Shown here piece after piece: positions 51,385 through 61,098 of a DNA stretch of 64,000 nucleotides. Made by a program: the position numbers and the translations under genes. Under the pieces are notes generated by a model. The model made no database searches. It had not been told where the DNA came from and saw nothing but the letters and a program-made list of their open reading frames with translations. The stretch is taken from the NCBI GenBank assembly GCA_000146465.1, contig CP001951.1; one strand, given 5' to 3'. Within the stretch, counting starts at the first letter, position 1. Every line of letters begins with the position of its first letter.

Positions 51385-52296
51385 ATGAAGACGGAACAAG
51401 AAAAAGAAGAAGGACATGTATGCTTTAGCCGGGACTTGGGAAAAGTAGATGTGCGCAATGAGAAGGTTTTTGAAGGGAGTTCCCCTCTTTCATCAGGAAA
51501 AGGTAGTCTTGGAAAGAGACAGTTGAGCCTGGACGATATGTTTTCCAAAAGAAAGACAACAGCTTCGGAAATTAGTAGCGGCCGGAAAGTAGACTGGGTT
51601 TGTGAGGGATGCATCAATCCATGCGAGTATTGTAAGTTAGAGGAGAAGATCGACCCAAAATGGAGAGTATATCTGAAGTCCGAGTTTGGAAAAGACTACT
51701 TTAGAGGAATCAAGAGGTTTCTTCATAAAAACAAAAACCACCTGCCTCCTATCGACAAGATATTCACATTTTCGAAGTTTTTTCCACTGGAAAACACAAA
51801 GGTTGTTATAATGGGGCAGGATCCTTACCATAACGACCAACAAGCAATGGGGCTGTCCTTTTCTGTCCCCCTTGGGGTTTCCATTCCCCCCAGTCTCAGG
51901 AACATATATTTAGAGGCCAGCACTGACATTGAAGGATTCGAGATTCCCTCTCATGGAGATTTGACAAAATGGGCAGAGAATGGGGTTCTCCTGCTGAACG
52001 ATGTTCTTACAGTCACCAAAAACCAGGCAAATTCGCATGCAGGAATCGGGTGGCGGGAGTTTACAAGTAGGATACTCCAGATTATAAACGAGAAATGCAC
52101 CAATGTCGTGTTTATGTTATGGGGACGCCATGCACAGGCAAAGGGAAAATTCATTAATAAGAATAAGCATCTAGTGCTATGCTGTGGGCACCCAAGCCCT
52201 CTTAGCTCCAACCACTTCTTTGGCTGCAAGCATTTCTCTAAAGCCAACAAATATCTTAGGGAGCATGGAAAGTCCCCCATCAAGTGGCAGATATAG
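51385..52296 (+). CDS. UNG1: Uracil-DNA glycosylase (family 1 UNG) with an ~80-aa N-terminal extension
   Basis: Catalytic water-activating loop VVIMGQDPYHNDQQAMGLSFSV, Leu-intercalation loop region HPSPLS, GVLLLN. The N-terminal extension carries a PIP-box-like QLSLDDMF. Confidence 0.85.
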   Translation: MKTEQEKEEGHVCFSRDLGKVDVRNEKVFEGSSPLSSGKGSLGKRQLSLDDMFSKRKTTASEISSGRKVDWVCEGCINPCEYCKLEEKIDPKWRVYLKSEFGKDYFRGIKRFLHKNKNHLPPIDKIFTFSKFFPLENTKVVIMGQDPYHNDQQAMGLSFSVPLGVSIPPSLRNIYLEASTDIEGFEIPSHGDLTKWAENGVLLLNDVLTVTKNQANSHAGIGWREFTSRILQIINEKCTNVVFMLWGRHAQAKGKFINKNKHLVLCCGHPSPLSSNHFFGCKHFSKANKYLREHGKSPIKWQI

Positions 52297-52399
52297 AAGC
52301 AAAGACTTCTTAACCCAAATTAAAATAAGGTTCCCTATCCGTTTTCTACAGAAGAACACAAAAACAACACTGGGACTAATGGACTGGACTGATTTAATT

Positions 52400-54058
52400 T
52401 TATTCGAGATCCTTCTTCCCAGAGAAAAGATCAAGATCAATTGGAGACGAAGTCTGAATAGATTGGTTGTACTTTCTATTCAGATATAGAACCGAGTATA
52501 CCCAGACAGGAGATATTATCAGCCAAATACCAAGAGTAATCGGTGCTGCAGCTCTTACGTCATTGTATCCCATCAATGACCAAAACATAGCATAGAGAGA
52601 TCCTATTGATTTCCCAAGCTTACCACAAAGTCCATCATAAACAGCCTTCAGCTTAGGTCTGTATATAGGATCGATTTGAAGCGAAATAGCCTCTTTTGAA
52701 ATGTCGTAGAAGGCATACTTGGCAATCTTCATTCCACTTACACAGTAAATACCCATGTTGCATTCCAAGAAGAAGTTTGGTTGATATCCTTTGACTAGAG
52801 AAGAGAGGATCACTCCTTCTCTTCCACTTGGATAGTTTGGATAGTTGAAGTATGCTGATCCAAATATCACCATAGAAGATACTAGTGTAACTAGTGGTGG
52901 AACAATAGCCATTGTTATCCATCCATGTGTCTGGACAAGGGTGGATATGGGTGTCAGTAATATTATTGCAACCAAGGCTCCAACAACCCTCTGCTCTCCA
53001 GACACAATAGAGGCAGAATATGCTCTCTTTTCCATGTTCTTTGCATCTGCTGCAACACTTATACCGTTCTTCCATGAAGACTCAATGAGATTGGTTCCTG
53101 CATAATAAAAAAGGGCGTTAAGAACCATTGCAACTAGGAACTTCGATTGTGCCATAAGCTTTATACTTTCTGAAAAGCTAGTTGTAGGCTTTCGTCCTTT
53201 CTTTTTAATTCCCTCTGTTCGGATAAACAGTTGTTTCTTAAGAATTCTGTTTTCTGCATATTTCTTCATAAGATATGTAATTGCTATCAGAACTCCAAAT
53301 ATGACAAAGAATGAATTTGTTACTAAGCATGTTGTCTTGTAGTCCCACATCTTGACTCTTCTTGAGTAGAGAGCTGTCGATTCTGACGACAGAAGAAGCA
53401 GGATGTTTGAAACCACATAGAACAATGGCATCATCCTGGTCGATTGGCGGATGGTCAGAGCCTCATTTGCAAACGAGAGGAACATAAACTGCACTATCAA
53501 TGATCCAAACAGTTCTGCACATACATAGACAAAGCTTGTGGTCCATTCATTGAATATCAAAAAGATTGCAAAAAGAAACTCAAATCCTTTGTATAACATT
53601 TTGTCGTCTGCAAAGATATCTCGAGACAAATAGAATCCCGGTTGAATCTTACTGGCAAAAGGAAGAAGAACTGTTCCTATAAGAGTATACAGAAATGCAA
53701 ACGCAATCAAAGTATAATCGAATACTTTCGAAATTGTGCGCGTCACTAGAAGCTTCTGAACAACCCCAGTAGCAATAACCGACATGGGAAGAACAAAACA
53801 TGTCTTAAGAAATGAAATAGCAACAGGCAGTTGGCGTGATAGAACGAACGAATCCTTCATCACCCTTGAAAATGAATAAATATAAGCTGCAGATCCAAAG
53901 ATAAATGCTAAAGTACTCCAAAGCTTCCATTCGCATCTTGCTATTCTAATTCTACTCAGAGGCCATGTTGTTGATGACAGTGCTTGTGCCTCAACCTCGT
54001 CTTCCGTCAAGAGAGGTCTGTGTTCATCTACCGGAGCAGAAAATCCGATTTCACTCAT
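52400..54058 (-). CDS. ADP/ATP nucleotide transporter (NTT, TLC family), paralog 3 of 3
   Basis: 552 aa, about 12 TM segments. [53 protein letters not shown] and ...[27 protein letters not shown] are colinear with the other two copies. Confidence 0.8.
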   Translation of the reverse strand: MSEIGFSAPVDEHRPLLTEDEVEAQALSSTTWPLSRIRIARCEWKLWSTLAFIFGSAAYIYSFSRVMKDSFVLSRQLPVAISFLKTCFVLPMSVIATGVVQKLLVTRTISKVFDYTLIAFAFLYTLIGTVLLPFASKIQPGFYLSRDIFADDKMLYKGFEFLFAIFLIFNEWTTSFVYVCAELFGSLIVQFMFLSFANEALTIRQSTRMMPLFYVVSNILLLLSSESTALYSRRVKMWDYKTTCLVTNSFFVIFGVLIAITYLMKKYAENRILKKQLFIRTEGIKKKGRKPTTSFSESIKLMAQSKFLVAMVLNALFYYAGTNLIESSWKNGISVAADAKNMEKRAYSASIVSGEQRVVGALVAIILLTPISTLVQTHGWITMAIVPPLVTLVSSMVIFGSAYFNYPNYPSGREGVILSSLVKGYQPNFFLECNMGIYCVSGMKIAKYAFYDISKEAISLQIDPIYRPKLKAVYDGLCGKLGKSIGSLYAMFWSLMGYNDVRAAAPITLGIWLIISPVWVYSVLYLNRKYNQSIQTSSPIDLDLFSGKKDLE

Positions 54059-54326
54059 TCCTTTGGGGCTTATTTTTTCTTTTTTTATATAGGAGATGTA
54101 AAAATTTGCTTGATCTCAGACTTTTCAAGACCAGGGGGAACCAAAAAAATCCGTTGAGCCTTGCATATTCTTCTCCTTCCCCATATTCCGTGCCATTCTA
54201 ATTCCTATTTCCATCTCCCAGATGTTTAAATTCAATCCTCTTTACCCTACCATCTCATATGCTATACCGGGCTTATATGTACTTCCCAATCAAATAGGAG
54301 GAACTTGAATATTACAAGAAATGATT

Positions 54327-55031
54327 TTATTTCTCTGCTATGTCCTGGAGGATCTTATCAATATCTTTTCCAGATAGATGGCATAGATCCTGCCCTGCCC
54401 TTAGATAAGCCACTTCAATTTCCGAGTATCCAGAGTCGGTTCCAATCGACTCCAGCAGAGCTCCAATTGCTAGCTCGAAAAGTTCTTTGTCCTCCATATC
54501 TCCATGATGGTTTTTCTCAATGAACTTGGTCATCTTTCCGTGTTTCTCTCCAGCTGCAGTGGCATAGCAGGGATACGAAATCCCAGACATGTCTGTCTGG
54601 TATATCATAGGCTTTTTCCCGTCAAATCCAAATATAGATGCATTGAATGCTGGAGATCTTTCTTCCGAGCTCTGGATCAACTGCTGAATCTTATCAGCAA
54701 AGCACCTGCATAGGATATCCGGTGTCACTTCCATTCCAAACGAAAACGTCTTTTGGTTTGCAACCATCTTAATCCTTTTTATAACATAATCGACGTCTCC
54801 AGAAAGCCCGGTAATCCCCACATAACATTTCCCGGAGACTCTGAAGAAGCTTGAAGACTCAGACTCCTCGAGCTTGTCTCGTGGGATCTTTTTCGAAGCA
54901 CAAACTATCATGCTCTTGGATTTAGCTGTGACAATAGGTAAGGAGTTATTCACAGCCTCAAGACCATATTCGATTTGCAATAACTTCCCATCACTATTAA
55001 AGATGTTTGAGATCTCTTCCTGTGTTGTCAT
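54327..55031 (-). CDS. 20S proteasome alpha-type subunit (alpha-2-like)
   Basis: N-terminal alpha signature FNSDGKLLQIEYGLEAV (compare FSPSGKLVQIEYALAAV), followed by the Ntn-fold core (ASKK, TGLSGD). Confidence 0.75.
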   Translation of the reverse strand: MTTQEEISNIFNSDGKLLQIEYGLEAVNNSLPIVTAKSKSMIVCASKKIPRDKLEESESSSFFRVSGKCYVGITGLSGDVDYVIKRIKMVANQKTFSFGMEVTPDILCRCFADKIQQLIQSSEERSPAFNASIFGFDGKKPMIYQTDMSGISYPCYATAAGEKHGKMTKFIEKNHHGDMEDKELFELAIGALLESIGTDSGYSEIEVAYLRAGQDLCHLSGKDIDKILQDIAEK

Positions 55032-55074
55032 TTAGGGATGTCATATATTTTTAATAATTCTAAACAACCTTTCT

Positions 55075-55785
55075 ATGGGAAAAATAAACCTTGAAGGAAA
55101 AACTGTCTGTGTCACTGGAGGAAGTAGAGGACTTGGATTGGAAATCACAAAGGAGCTTGCAAAGAAGGGATGCTATGTCCATGTATTTGGGAGGTCTCCT
55201 CAGCCTTTTTCCCACAAAAACGTAAAGTATTATCAGATGGACCTACTGAAGGAAAGACCCGCCATTGCAATTCCGTTTGATATCGTAATATCAAACCTTG
55301 GGACAAGTGTGGGCAATAAAGGGTTTGATGAAATGGAATACAAAGAAGTCACAGATATGCTAAAGTTGAATGTGGAGCTACATCTATGGCTTCTGAAAAA
55401 CATTAGCTACAAGAAGTTTGTTTTTGTTAATTCTATATTGTCACAACAAGGACTTCCGGGATATTCCATGTATTGTGCTTCTAAGTCGTTCATTCACACA
55501 CTGAATCAGTCGTTGAGGAGAGAAGGAAAAGACACTATAATCATCTACCCTTACAAGATAAATACCTCGTTGTTCAGCGAGATCAAAGACATATGGACGC
55601 TTGATGCAAATTATGTAGCTCAAAGACTTCTGAGAGACATAGAGAATGGTACAAGAGAAGATTTCATCCTCTGGATATTCAAGCCCATCACTTTACTATC
55701 AAAAATGATCCCTATGTTTCTTCAAGACATCCTTTCCAGGTTTCTGGAAAGGGTTTTCTACATAACCAAAAGAAAGAGCGAATAA
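55075..55785 (+). CDS. Short-chain dehydrogenase/reductase (SDR)
   Basis: Rossmann motif VCVTGGSRGLGLEI and catalytic YxxxK (YCASKSF). The substrate class cannot be determined. Confidence 0.65.
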   Translation: MGKINLEGKTVCVTGGSRGLGLEITKELAKKGCYVHVFGRSPQPFSHKNVKYYQMDLLKERPAIAIPFDIVISNLGTSVGNKGFDEMEYKEVTDMLKLNVELHLWLLKNISYKKFVFVNSILSQQGLPGYSMYCASKSFIHTLNQSLRREGKDTIIIYPYKINTSLFSEIKDIWTLDANYVAQRLLRDIENGTREDFILWIFKPITLLSKMIPMFLQDILSRFLERVFYITKRKSE

Positions 55786-55839
55786 ACCTTATCTTTCGCA
55801 TTTCCATCGGATGTTACAGAAAGTCAATCAAGAACCCCA

Positions 55840-56850
55840 TCAAATGTAGCCATATCTCCATATCTTTCTATAGACCTCTGAAGAATATATGGTTCCATAT
55901 CCTCTGAACGTCTGGCCATATCCGTTTTTTTGATCAGGGAGATAATCAGTTGTATAGAGGATTCTGAGATTTGCAGGCCTTGAGAAACATTCTTTCCTTG
56001 CGATGTTGAACAGAAATGGAGGTTTGGACTTTTTCTGAAAAACTTCTTGCCATTCTATCCCCTCGAAGAAAGGATGTTTTCTGATAGCCATACAATCTCT
56101 CTCCCTATATCCAAGTCTGTCCTTGGGAGAAACAACAAGAAGCTTCGATACTAAGTCCCGGGCATTCTTATCAAAAAATTCCGGAAACTTAATTCTATTC
56201 TTCCTGATTCTTTCAACTGTCGAGGCCATATCAGGTGCTGCAAATGGCGTAGTTCCAGAAAGCATGTGGTATAGTACCATTCCCATCGACCAGTAGTCGG
56301 ACACAGGGCCGATTTCCCCACTCTCTACATAATCTAGGGATGCGTACTCTACGTTCTGCTCAAGATCCCCTATTCCACAATCTATTCTGTTCAAAAAATC
56401 GTATTTCAGCTTCACATGCCCGTCGTCACCTATCATCATACTCCTTGGAGACAGAAACCCATATGAAAGCCCTTTAGAATGTAAGTACTGAACCGCTAGA
56501 AGAATCTCTGCCATATAAAACCTGGATACTTTTGGTGAAAGTCTTTCCTCGGAACTGATCAAATTGACAAGATAGTTCTGTGACTGTTCTGAAAGTAGAA
56601 ACAAATGTTCGTAATCTTGAAATCCACATATTGTGTTGATGAGAAATGGATGCCGTATCCTCGATCGAACGTAATATTCATCTTGTACCATCTCTTGCTC
56701 TCCATATCCTATTATTTTTTTCTTCTTCATAACCCGAAGGCCATAAAGCCCTCCAACCACTTCTCCAACGTCTATAAACACAAGAAACTCTTCCCAAAAC
56801 GGCCCAAGCCCCGTTTTCTCAATACACATTATGTCTTTCTTTCCTATCAT
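55840..56850 (-). CDS. AGC-like protein kinase homolog with degenerate catalytic motifs (probable pseudokinase)
   Basis: Kinase fold is recognisable: YGLRVMKKKKI (VAIK-like Lys), YLHSKGLSY, DYWSMGMVLYHML, DRLG. The catalytic loop reads YGFLSPRSM where HRDLKPEN is expected, and DFG is DFL. Confidence 0.6.
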   Translation of the reverse strand: MIGKKDIMCIEKTGLGPFWEEFLVFIDVGEVVGGLYGLRVMKKKKIIGYGEQEMVQDEYYVRSRIRHPFLINTICGFQDYEHLFLLSEQSQNYLVNLISSEERLSPKVSRFYMAEILLAVQYLHSKGLSYGFLSPRSMMIGDDGHVKLKYDFLNRIDCGIGDLEQNVEYASLDYVESGEIGPVSDYWSMGMVLYHMLSGTTPFAAPDMASTVERIRKNRIKFPEFFDKNARDLVSKLLVVSPKDRLGYRERDCMAIRKHPFFEGIEWQEVFQKKSKPPFLFNIARKECFSRPANLRILYTTDYLPDQKNGYGQTFRGYGTIYSSEVYRKIWRYGYI

Positions 56851-56942
56851 TTCGATGGGTATTTCCCTATTGATTTTGAAGGATCTGGCTCCGGGGAAAG
56901 AAACTAAATTTATAAAAATAGTTTATTCCTATTTTGAGTCCG

Positions 56943-57872
56943 TTAGATAAGTAGTTTGATAACCAAATCGAATAGGTTACCCAAAACAGAACTTTGCTCT
57001 TCCACACCTCTCTTTTGGAGATCTGCATCCATGGTCTTTTTTGCTTTTTCAAAGTCCTTCATTCTTTTCTCATTGATTTCCTTGATTCTGCTTCTGTATC
57101 TTTTTTCCACATCCCAGGAAAACAGATTTCTCTGTACAAATATGCCTTTCTGGACCCTTTCAAAAGCACTGTAGAAGTTCTTTCCTAGGTATGATTTTAG
57201 TGTGCCCCGAAAATCACTTATCCCAGTGAAGTGAAGATTGTGAAGAAAGTTCAGAAGATCCAGAAGCCCGTATTCAGGGCCTCCTCGCCATTTTTCAAGT
57301 CTTAGAAGGTTTTCATCAAAGTCCTTGTGATATTCGTTTTCTTTTGTTGAAATAACCACAACCTTTTCCAGTGGTCTATTTAGATGCTCGCTGCCAAACA
57401 TCTTTTTGTCTTTACAATACACCTTATAAGAAATGCAGCCGTAGGGATCAATTCTATTCAACAGAAACCTGCTAAATCCCACAGACGACTCCGAAACATG
57501 GACCAGCTCATATATATGAGCACTATGGAAAAGAAAAAGATCTGTAAATGCCCTCTTGGTGACTAGGAAGTCAAGGTTGAAAAACGAGAACCTCTTCTTT
57601 ATAAGAAAATCCTTACAATCAAATATAACTGTAGGTTTAGGTCGTTCTTGGGGAGGTAAGACAGGAGTTTTTGGCTCTGGATCTTGGAGAAACCTGCATG
57701 CCTTCTCTTTTGCCCGTTTAATGTATCCCATAATGCTTTTGTCTTTGGCCCCATTTGGTCTTCCAAGGATAGCAATCCCAACTCCTAGAGACAACATTGA
57801 TGATGTTATAAAGGGAAACCTTTTCTCCTCCATTCTGCTCCGGAACGCCCCTAGAAGCTTTTCCAGATCCAT
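56943..57872 (-). CDS. TIM50: Tim50-like NIF/FCP1-family HAD-domain protein (mitosomal inner-membrane import component)
   Basis: N-terminal TM segment (FITSSMLSLGVGIAILG). NIF domain PKPTVIFDCKDFLIKKRF...KRAFTDLFL...IYELVHVSES...DPYGCISYKVYCKDKKMF...HLNRPLEKVVVISTKEN is colinear with the Tim50 core. The catalytic DxDx(T/V) motif is degenerate (FDCKDFL), as in Tim50. The track start is a TTG, so the next ATG is used. Confidence 0.5.
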   Translation of the reverse strand: MDLEKLLGAFRSRMEEKRFPFITSSMLSLGVGIAILGRPNGAKDKSIMGYIKRAKEKACRFLQDPEPKTPVLPPQERPKPTVIFDCKDFLIKKRFSFFNLDFLVTKRAFTDLFLFHSAHIYELVHVSESSVGFSRFLLNRIDPYGCISYKVYCKDKKMFGSEHLNRPLEKVVVISTKENEYHKDFDENLLRLEKWRGGPEYGLLDLLNFLHNLHFTGISDFRGTLKSYLGKNFYSAFERVQKGIFVQRNLFSWDVEKRYRSRIKEINEKRMKDFEKAKKTMDADLQKRGVEEQSSVLGNLFDLVIKLLI

Positions 57873-57900
57873 CAAGGGTTATATCCACACAGTCTGTAAT

Positions 57901-59232
57901 CTATCTTCTCAAGAACATTCCCACTCTATTCACAAGATGCATTATAGATGTTTTAAAGCTCCCTACTGCGTCCTTAACCTCCCTTTCAAAGAGTTCTAAC
58001 GCCCTTTGCTCGGTTACCTCCATCTTCAATCTTCCTCTTGCAAATGTAATAATCTCTTCTAAGTCAAACCGGAAGATTTTGTTCTGGAGCAATACACACC
58101 ATAGAACAAAGATCTTTTGGCAGGACCTCCTTATCTGGAGAAACACCTCCCCTGACTTTATAATAAAATCCTGGTAGATAAGTTCGTCGTTTACTAGATA
58201 GTCGCATATGGGCCTGGCAATTGTTATCCTTGGAGAGATGAGCTTTGGATCATTCCCAAACACATAGCTAAAATCCACATGAAAAAATCTTCCATCCCTC
58301 GATACCATCATATTCCCTGGATTTCTATCTCCAACCCCCATCATATAGCAAGCAACCGAGTATCCACAGAGAGTATCTACAAATGTTCTTTTCTTCTGAG
58401 CATTCTGCATCCATCTTGGGTCATTTTCTCCTTCAATATACCTTTCTAAGTCTTCTCTCCCCTTTATTTGAGTAAAGTCTACCCCGTCCACAACTTCCAC
58501 AATCCCTTCTTCTCTGCTCAATGGAATCACCTTGTATGCTACCAGATCCATCTCCACCAACTCCGATATGTATCTTATAGTCTCAAGAACAAACAGATCC
58601 TTTGTCAGGTCGTCTCCCTTCTTGTATATGATCCTGGAGATGCCTTTATCTGTATTCAAAGGAACAAGAATTGGAAATGTAGATGAGGGAAATATCTTGA
58701 TCTCTCGAAGAATCATTTCCTTTACTACTGTATCTGGATTGAACAGAGAGGTACAGTGCCTAATACTTCCCATCCTTGGATGGAGGCATAACGCTCCATG
58801 TAATTTGTACTCTCTTATCTTTGTCTTCCTAGGCGATCCTTGGCAAGTTATGCTGTAGATTCCTCTAACTTCGTTGATCAAGGCCATTTGCCCTTCCAGT
58901 TTCTCCAATATTCCATACTTGGAGTCCAGTGCTAGAAAGCTATTTACAGCATCTCTATATTTCGACTCGTTGCACTCCTCATGAAGCTCAAACCTAATCT
59001 TCCAGAACCTGTTTATTTGGTGCTCAGCAGATAGGTTGTCTCCCGGGTCCTTCCCTCCCAACGAGGGGAAGTATATATACAGACTGCCCACTTTTTGAAC
59101 GCATAAATACTCTGCAATCATCTTCTCGGCATCCTCACTTCTGCTTAAAAGCCTGGAAACACTTCTAGCAAGCTCAGAAATGTCTTCTTTCTCTATCTTG
59201 CATTCAAAAGCACTTCCGCTTAGTTGATCCAT
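57901..59232 (-). CDS. VPS34: Phosphatidylinositol 3-kinase catalytic subunit, Vps34-like (class III)
   Basis: PI3K/PI4K catalytic domain: KKGDDLTKD (GDDLRQD box), catalytic loop MMGVGDRNPGNMMV, activation loop FHVDFSYVFGNDPK (compare GVGDRHLDN...HIDFGYILGRDPKP in Vps34). Compact at 443 aa. Confidence 0.7.
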   Translation of the reverse strand: MDQLSGSAFECKIEKEDISELARSVSRLLSRSEDAEKMIAEYLCVQKVGSLYIYFPSLGGKDPGDNLSAEHQINRFWKIRFELHEECNESKYRDAVNSFLALDSKYGILEKLEGQMALINEVRGIYSITCQGSPRKTKIREYKLHGALCLHPRMGSIRHCTSLFNPDTVVKEMILREIKIFPSSTFPILVPLNTDKGISRIIYKKGDDLTKDLFVLETIRYISELVEMDLVAYKVIPLSREEGIVEVVDGVDFTQIKGREDLERYIEGENDPRWMQNAQKKRTFVDTLCGYSVACYMMGVGDRNPGNMMVSRDGRFFHVDFSYVFGNDPKLISPRITIARPICDYLVNDELIYQDFIIKSGEVFLQIRRSCQKIFVLWCVLLQNKIFRFDLEEIITFARGRLKMEVTEQRALELFEREVKDAVGSFKTSIMHLVNRVGMFLRR

Positions 59233-59329
59233 GATCTATTTCTCAAGTGTTTTGGTACCATTAGTATATATCAGCATCTGAAACAATGGTCGTTGGCATA
59301 AGTATTTCAATTACAGAGACAAGTCCCCC

Positions 59330-61048
59330 ATGAAACTTGAGCCAGGAACGGTTGAAGCCCTCTATAACAGCCAGACTACCAATCCTTTGTATAAGAACCC
59401 CATTCTCCAGATTACATCGCTAGGAAAGCTCTCGGTTGCCATTGGGGACAAGCAGAGATACCGAGTCAATCTCTCCGACGGTGTACACTACATGAAAGGA
59501 ATCTTCTCCAGTGAGCTTACAGCCCATTTTGAGAAAGGGCTTGTGAGTAGATATAGTCTCATCAGGCCTGGAAGGTTCAGTGTAAGGTCTAAGGACGGAA
59601 GTGTGTATATATATATCCAGGAGATCCAGGAGTACGAGGACTGCAATGTCGAGATCGGAAAGCCTGTGAACATAAGCACAGGAAATGCGTCTTTCAACGA
59701 CAACCAGCTGAGCCCAGGAATCCAAAAACGTGTAGATGGAGGGAACCAGCATGGTAAAGCATTGGACGAGGAAGACAAAAAAAGAGTGAAAAAAGACATT
59801 AAGGACGAAGGAGAGTTTACAGCCATAAACATGTTGAATCCATTTCACAACAAATGGATGATCAAGGGGAGAGTGGTGTTGAAAGGAGATATAAGAAGAT
59901 TCAGTAATCAGAAGGGAGAGGGAAAGGTCTTTAACTTTGAGATTTCCGACGGAACTGCGCAAGTGAAGATAATATGCTTTTCCGACTGCGTAGATATATT
60001 CTTTCCGATAGTTGAAGTTGGGAAAGTTTATTCTGTTTCAAAAGGTACTGTTAAGATGGCCAACAAGCAGTACTCTACAAATCCATTTGACTACGAGATC
60101 ATTCTGGATAAGAATTCTGAAGTTCGGTGTACTGTCGACGATGGATCACCTCGATACTTCTTCAACTTCATCAAGCTTTCAGATCTATCGCTTGGAAATG
60201 CATACTGCGATGTGATTGGAGTTGTCAGAGAAGTATATGCACCTTCAACCGTAATGGTTAGAAGCACCCAGAACGAGCTCCTCAAAAGAGATATAATCCT
60301 TGTCGATGAAAGTGGAAGCGTAAGACTAACTCTGTGGGGGCCAAAGGCAGAGCTGGATATTGAAGGGGGAGTAGTTCTTGGGCTGAAATCTGTAAAGGTT
60401 AGTGAGTTTAACGGAATTTCAATATCAACTACAGGAGGCTCCCAGGTTGTGATCAACCCAGATATTCCGGAAGCACATGAGCTTGCAGGTTGGTACCAGT
60501 CGACCGGTAAGGACATGCAAGTTGCTCTCCCTCGAAAAGAGGAAAAAAGAAGACTAATACAGGAAGTCAAGGAGAATGAGCTGGCATATTCAACCATTCA
60601 AGGAACGGTGATGTTTTTGAAAGAAGATGCGCTTTGGTATACATCATGCAAGGGGGAGGGATGCAACAAAAAGGTTGTGATGGAGGACAGTGGAAACTAC
60701 AGATGCGAAAGATGCAATATGACATATGAAGACTGTAACTACAGATACATGGTCACTATGCATCTCGGAGACTTTACTGGACAAGTATGGCTGAGTCTCT
60801 TTGACGAAGCTGCAGCCAGCTTTTTTGGAATACCTGCTCAGGAGATGAAGAGGATGAGCGAGGAGTCCCCAGCAGAGCTTCAAGCATTGATCAAAGGAAT
60901 GTATTTCAAGGAATACCTCTTTAGAATCAAGTCAAAGCAGGACAGCTACAATGATGAGATTAGGATGAGATACAGTGGGCTGAGTTCAAGCCCCCTGGAC
61001 ATCCGAAAAGAATCTAAACGACTTCTTGATGCGATTGAAAAGGCTTAG
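59330..61048 (+). CDS. RFA1: Replication protein A large subunit (RPA1/Rfa1)
   Basis: N-terminal OB fold, DBD-A/B OB folds, and the C-terminal DBD-C with zinc ribbon CKGEGCNKKV...YRCERCNMTYEDCNYRY. Upstream context is gtcccccATG. Confidence 0.85.
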   Translation: MKLEPGTVEALYNSQTTNPLYKNPILQITSLGKLSVAIGDKQRYRVNLSDGVHYMKGIFSSELTAHFEKGLVSRYSLIRPGRFSVRSKDGSVYIYIQEIQEYEDCNVEIGKPVNISTGNASFNDNQLSPGIQKRVDGGNQHGKALDEEDKKRVKKDIKDEGEFTAINMLNPFHNKWMIKGRVVLKGDIRRFSNQKGEGKVFNFEISDGTAQVKIICFSDCVDIFFPIVEVGKVYSVSKGTVKMANKQYSTNPFDYEIILDKNSEVRCTVDDGSPRYFFNFIKLSDLSLGNAYCDVIGVVREVYAPSTVMVRSTQNELLKRDIILVDESGSVRLTLWGPKAELDIEGGVVLGLKSVKVSEFNGISISTTGGSQVVINPDIPEAHELAGWYQSTGKDMQVALPRKEEKRRLIQEVKENELAYSTIQGTVMFLKEDALWYTSCKGEGCNKKVVMEDSGNYRCERCNMTYEDCNYRYMVTMHLGDFTGQVWLSLFDEAAASFFGIPAQEMKRMSEESPAELQALIKGMYFKEYLFRIKSKQDSYNDEIRMRYSGLSSSPLDIRKESKRLLDAIEKA

Positions 61049-61098
61049 GAGAATAAATCTTGTGGGCTAAGGATATTTTGGTTTGTCTATGTCTTCCC

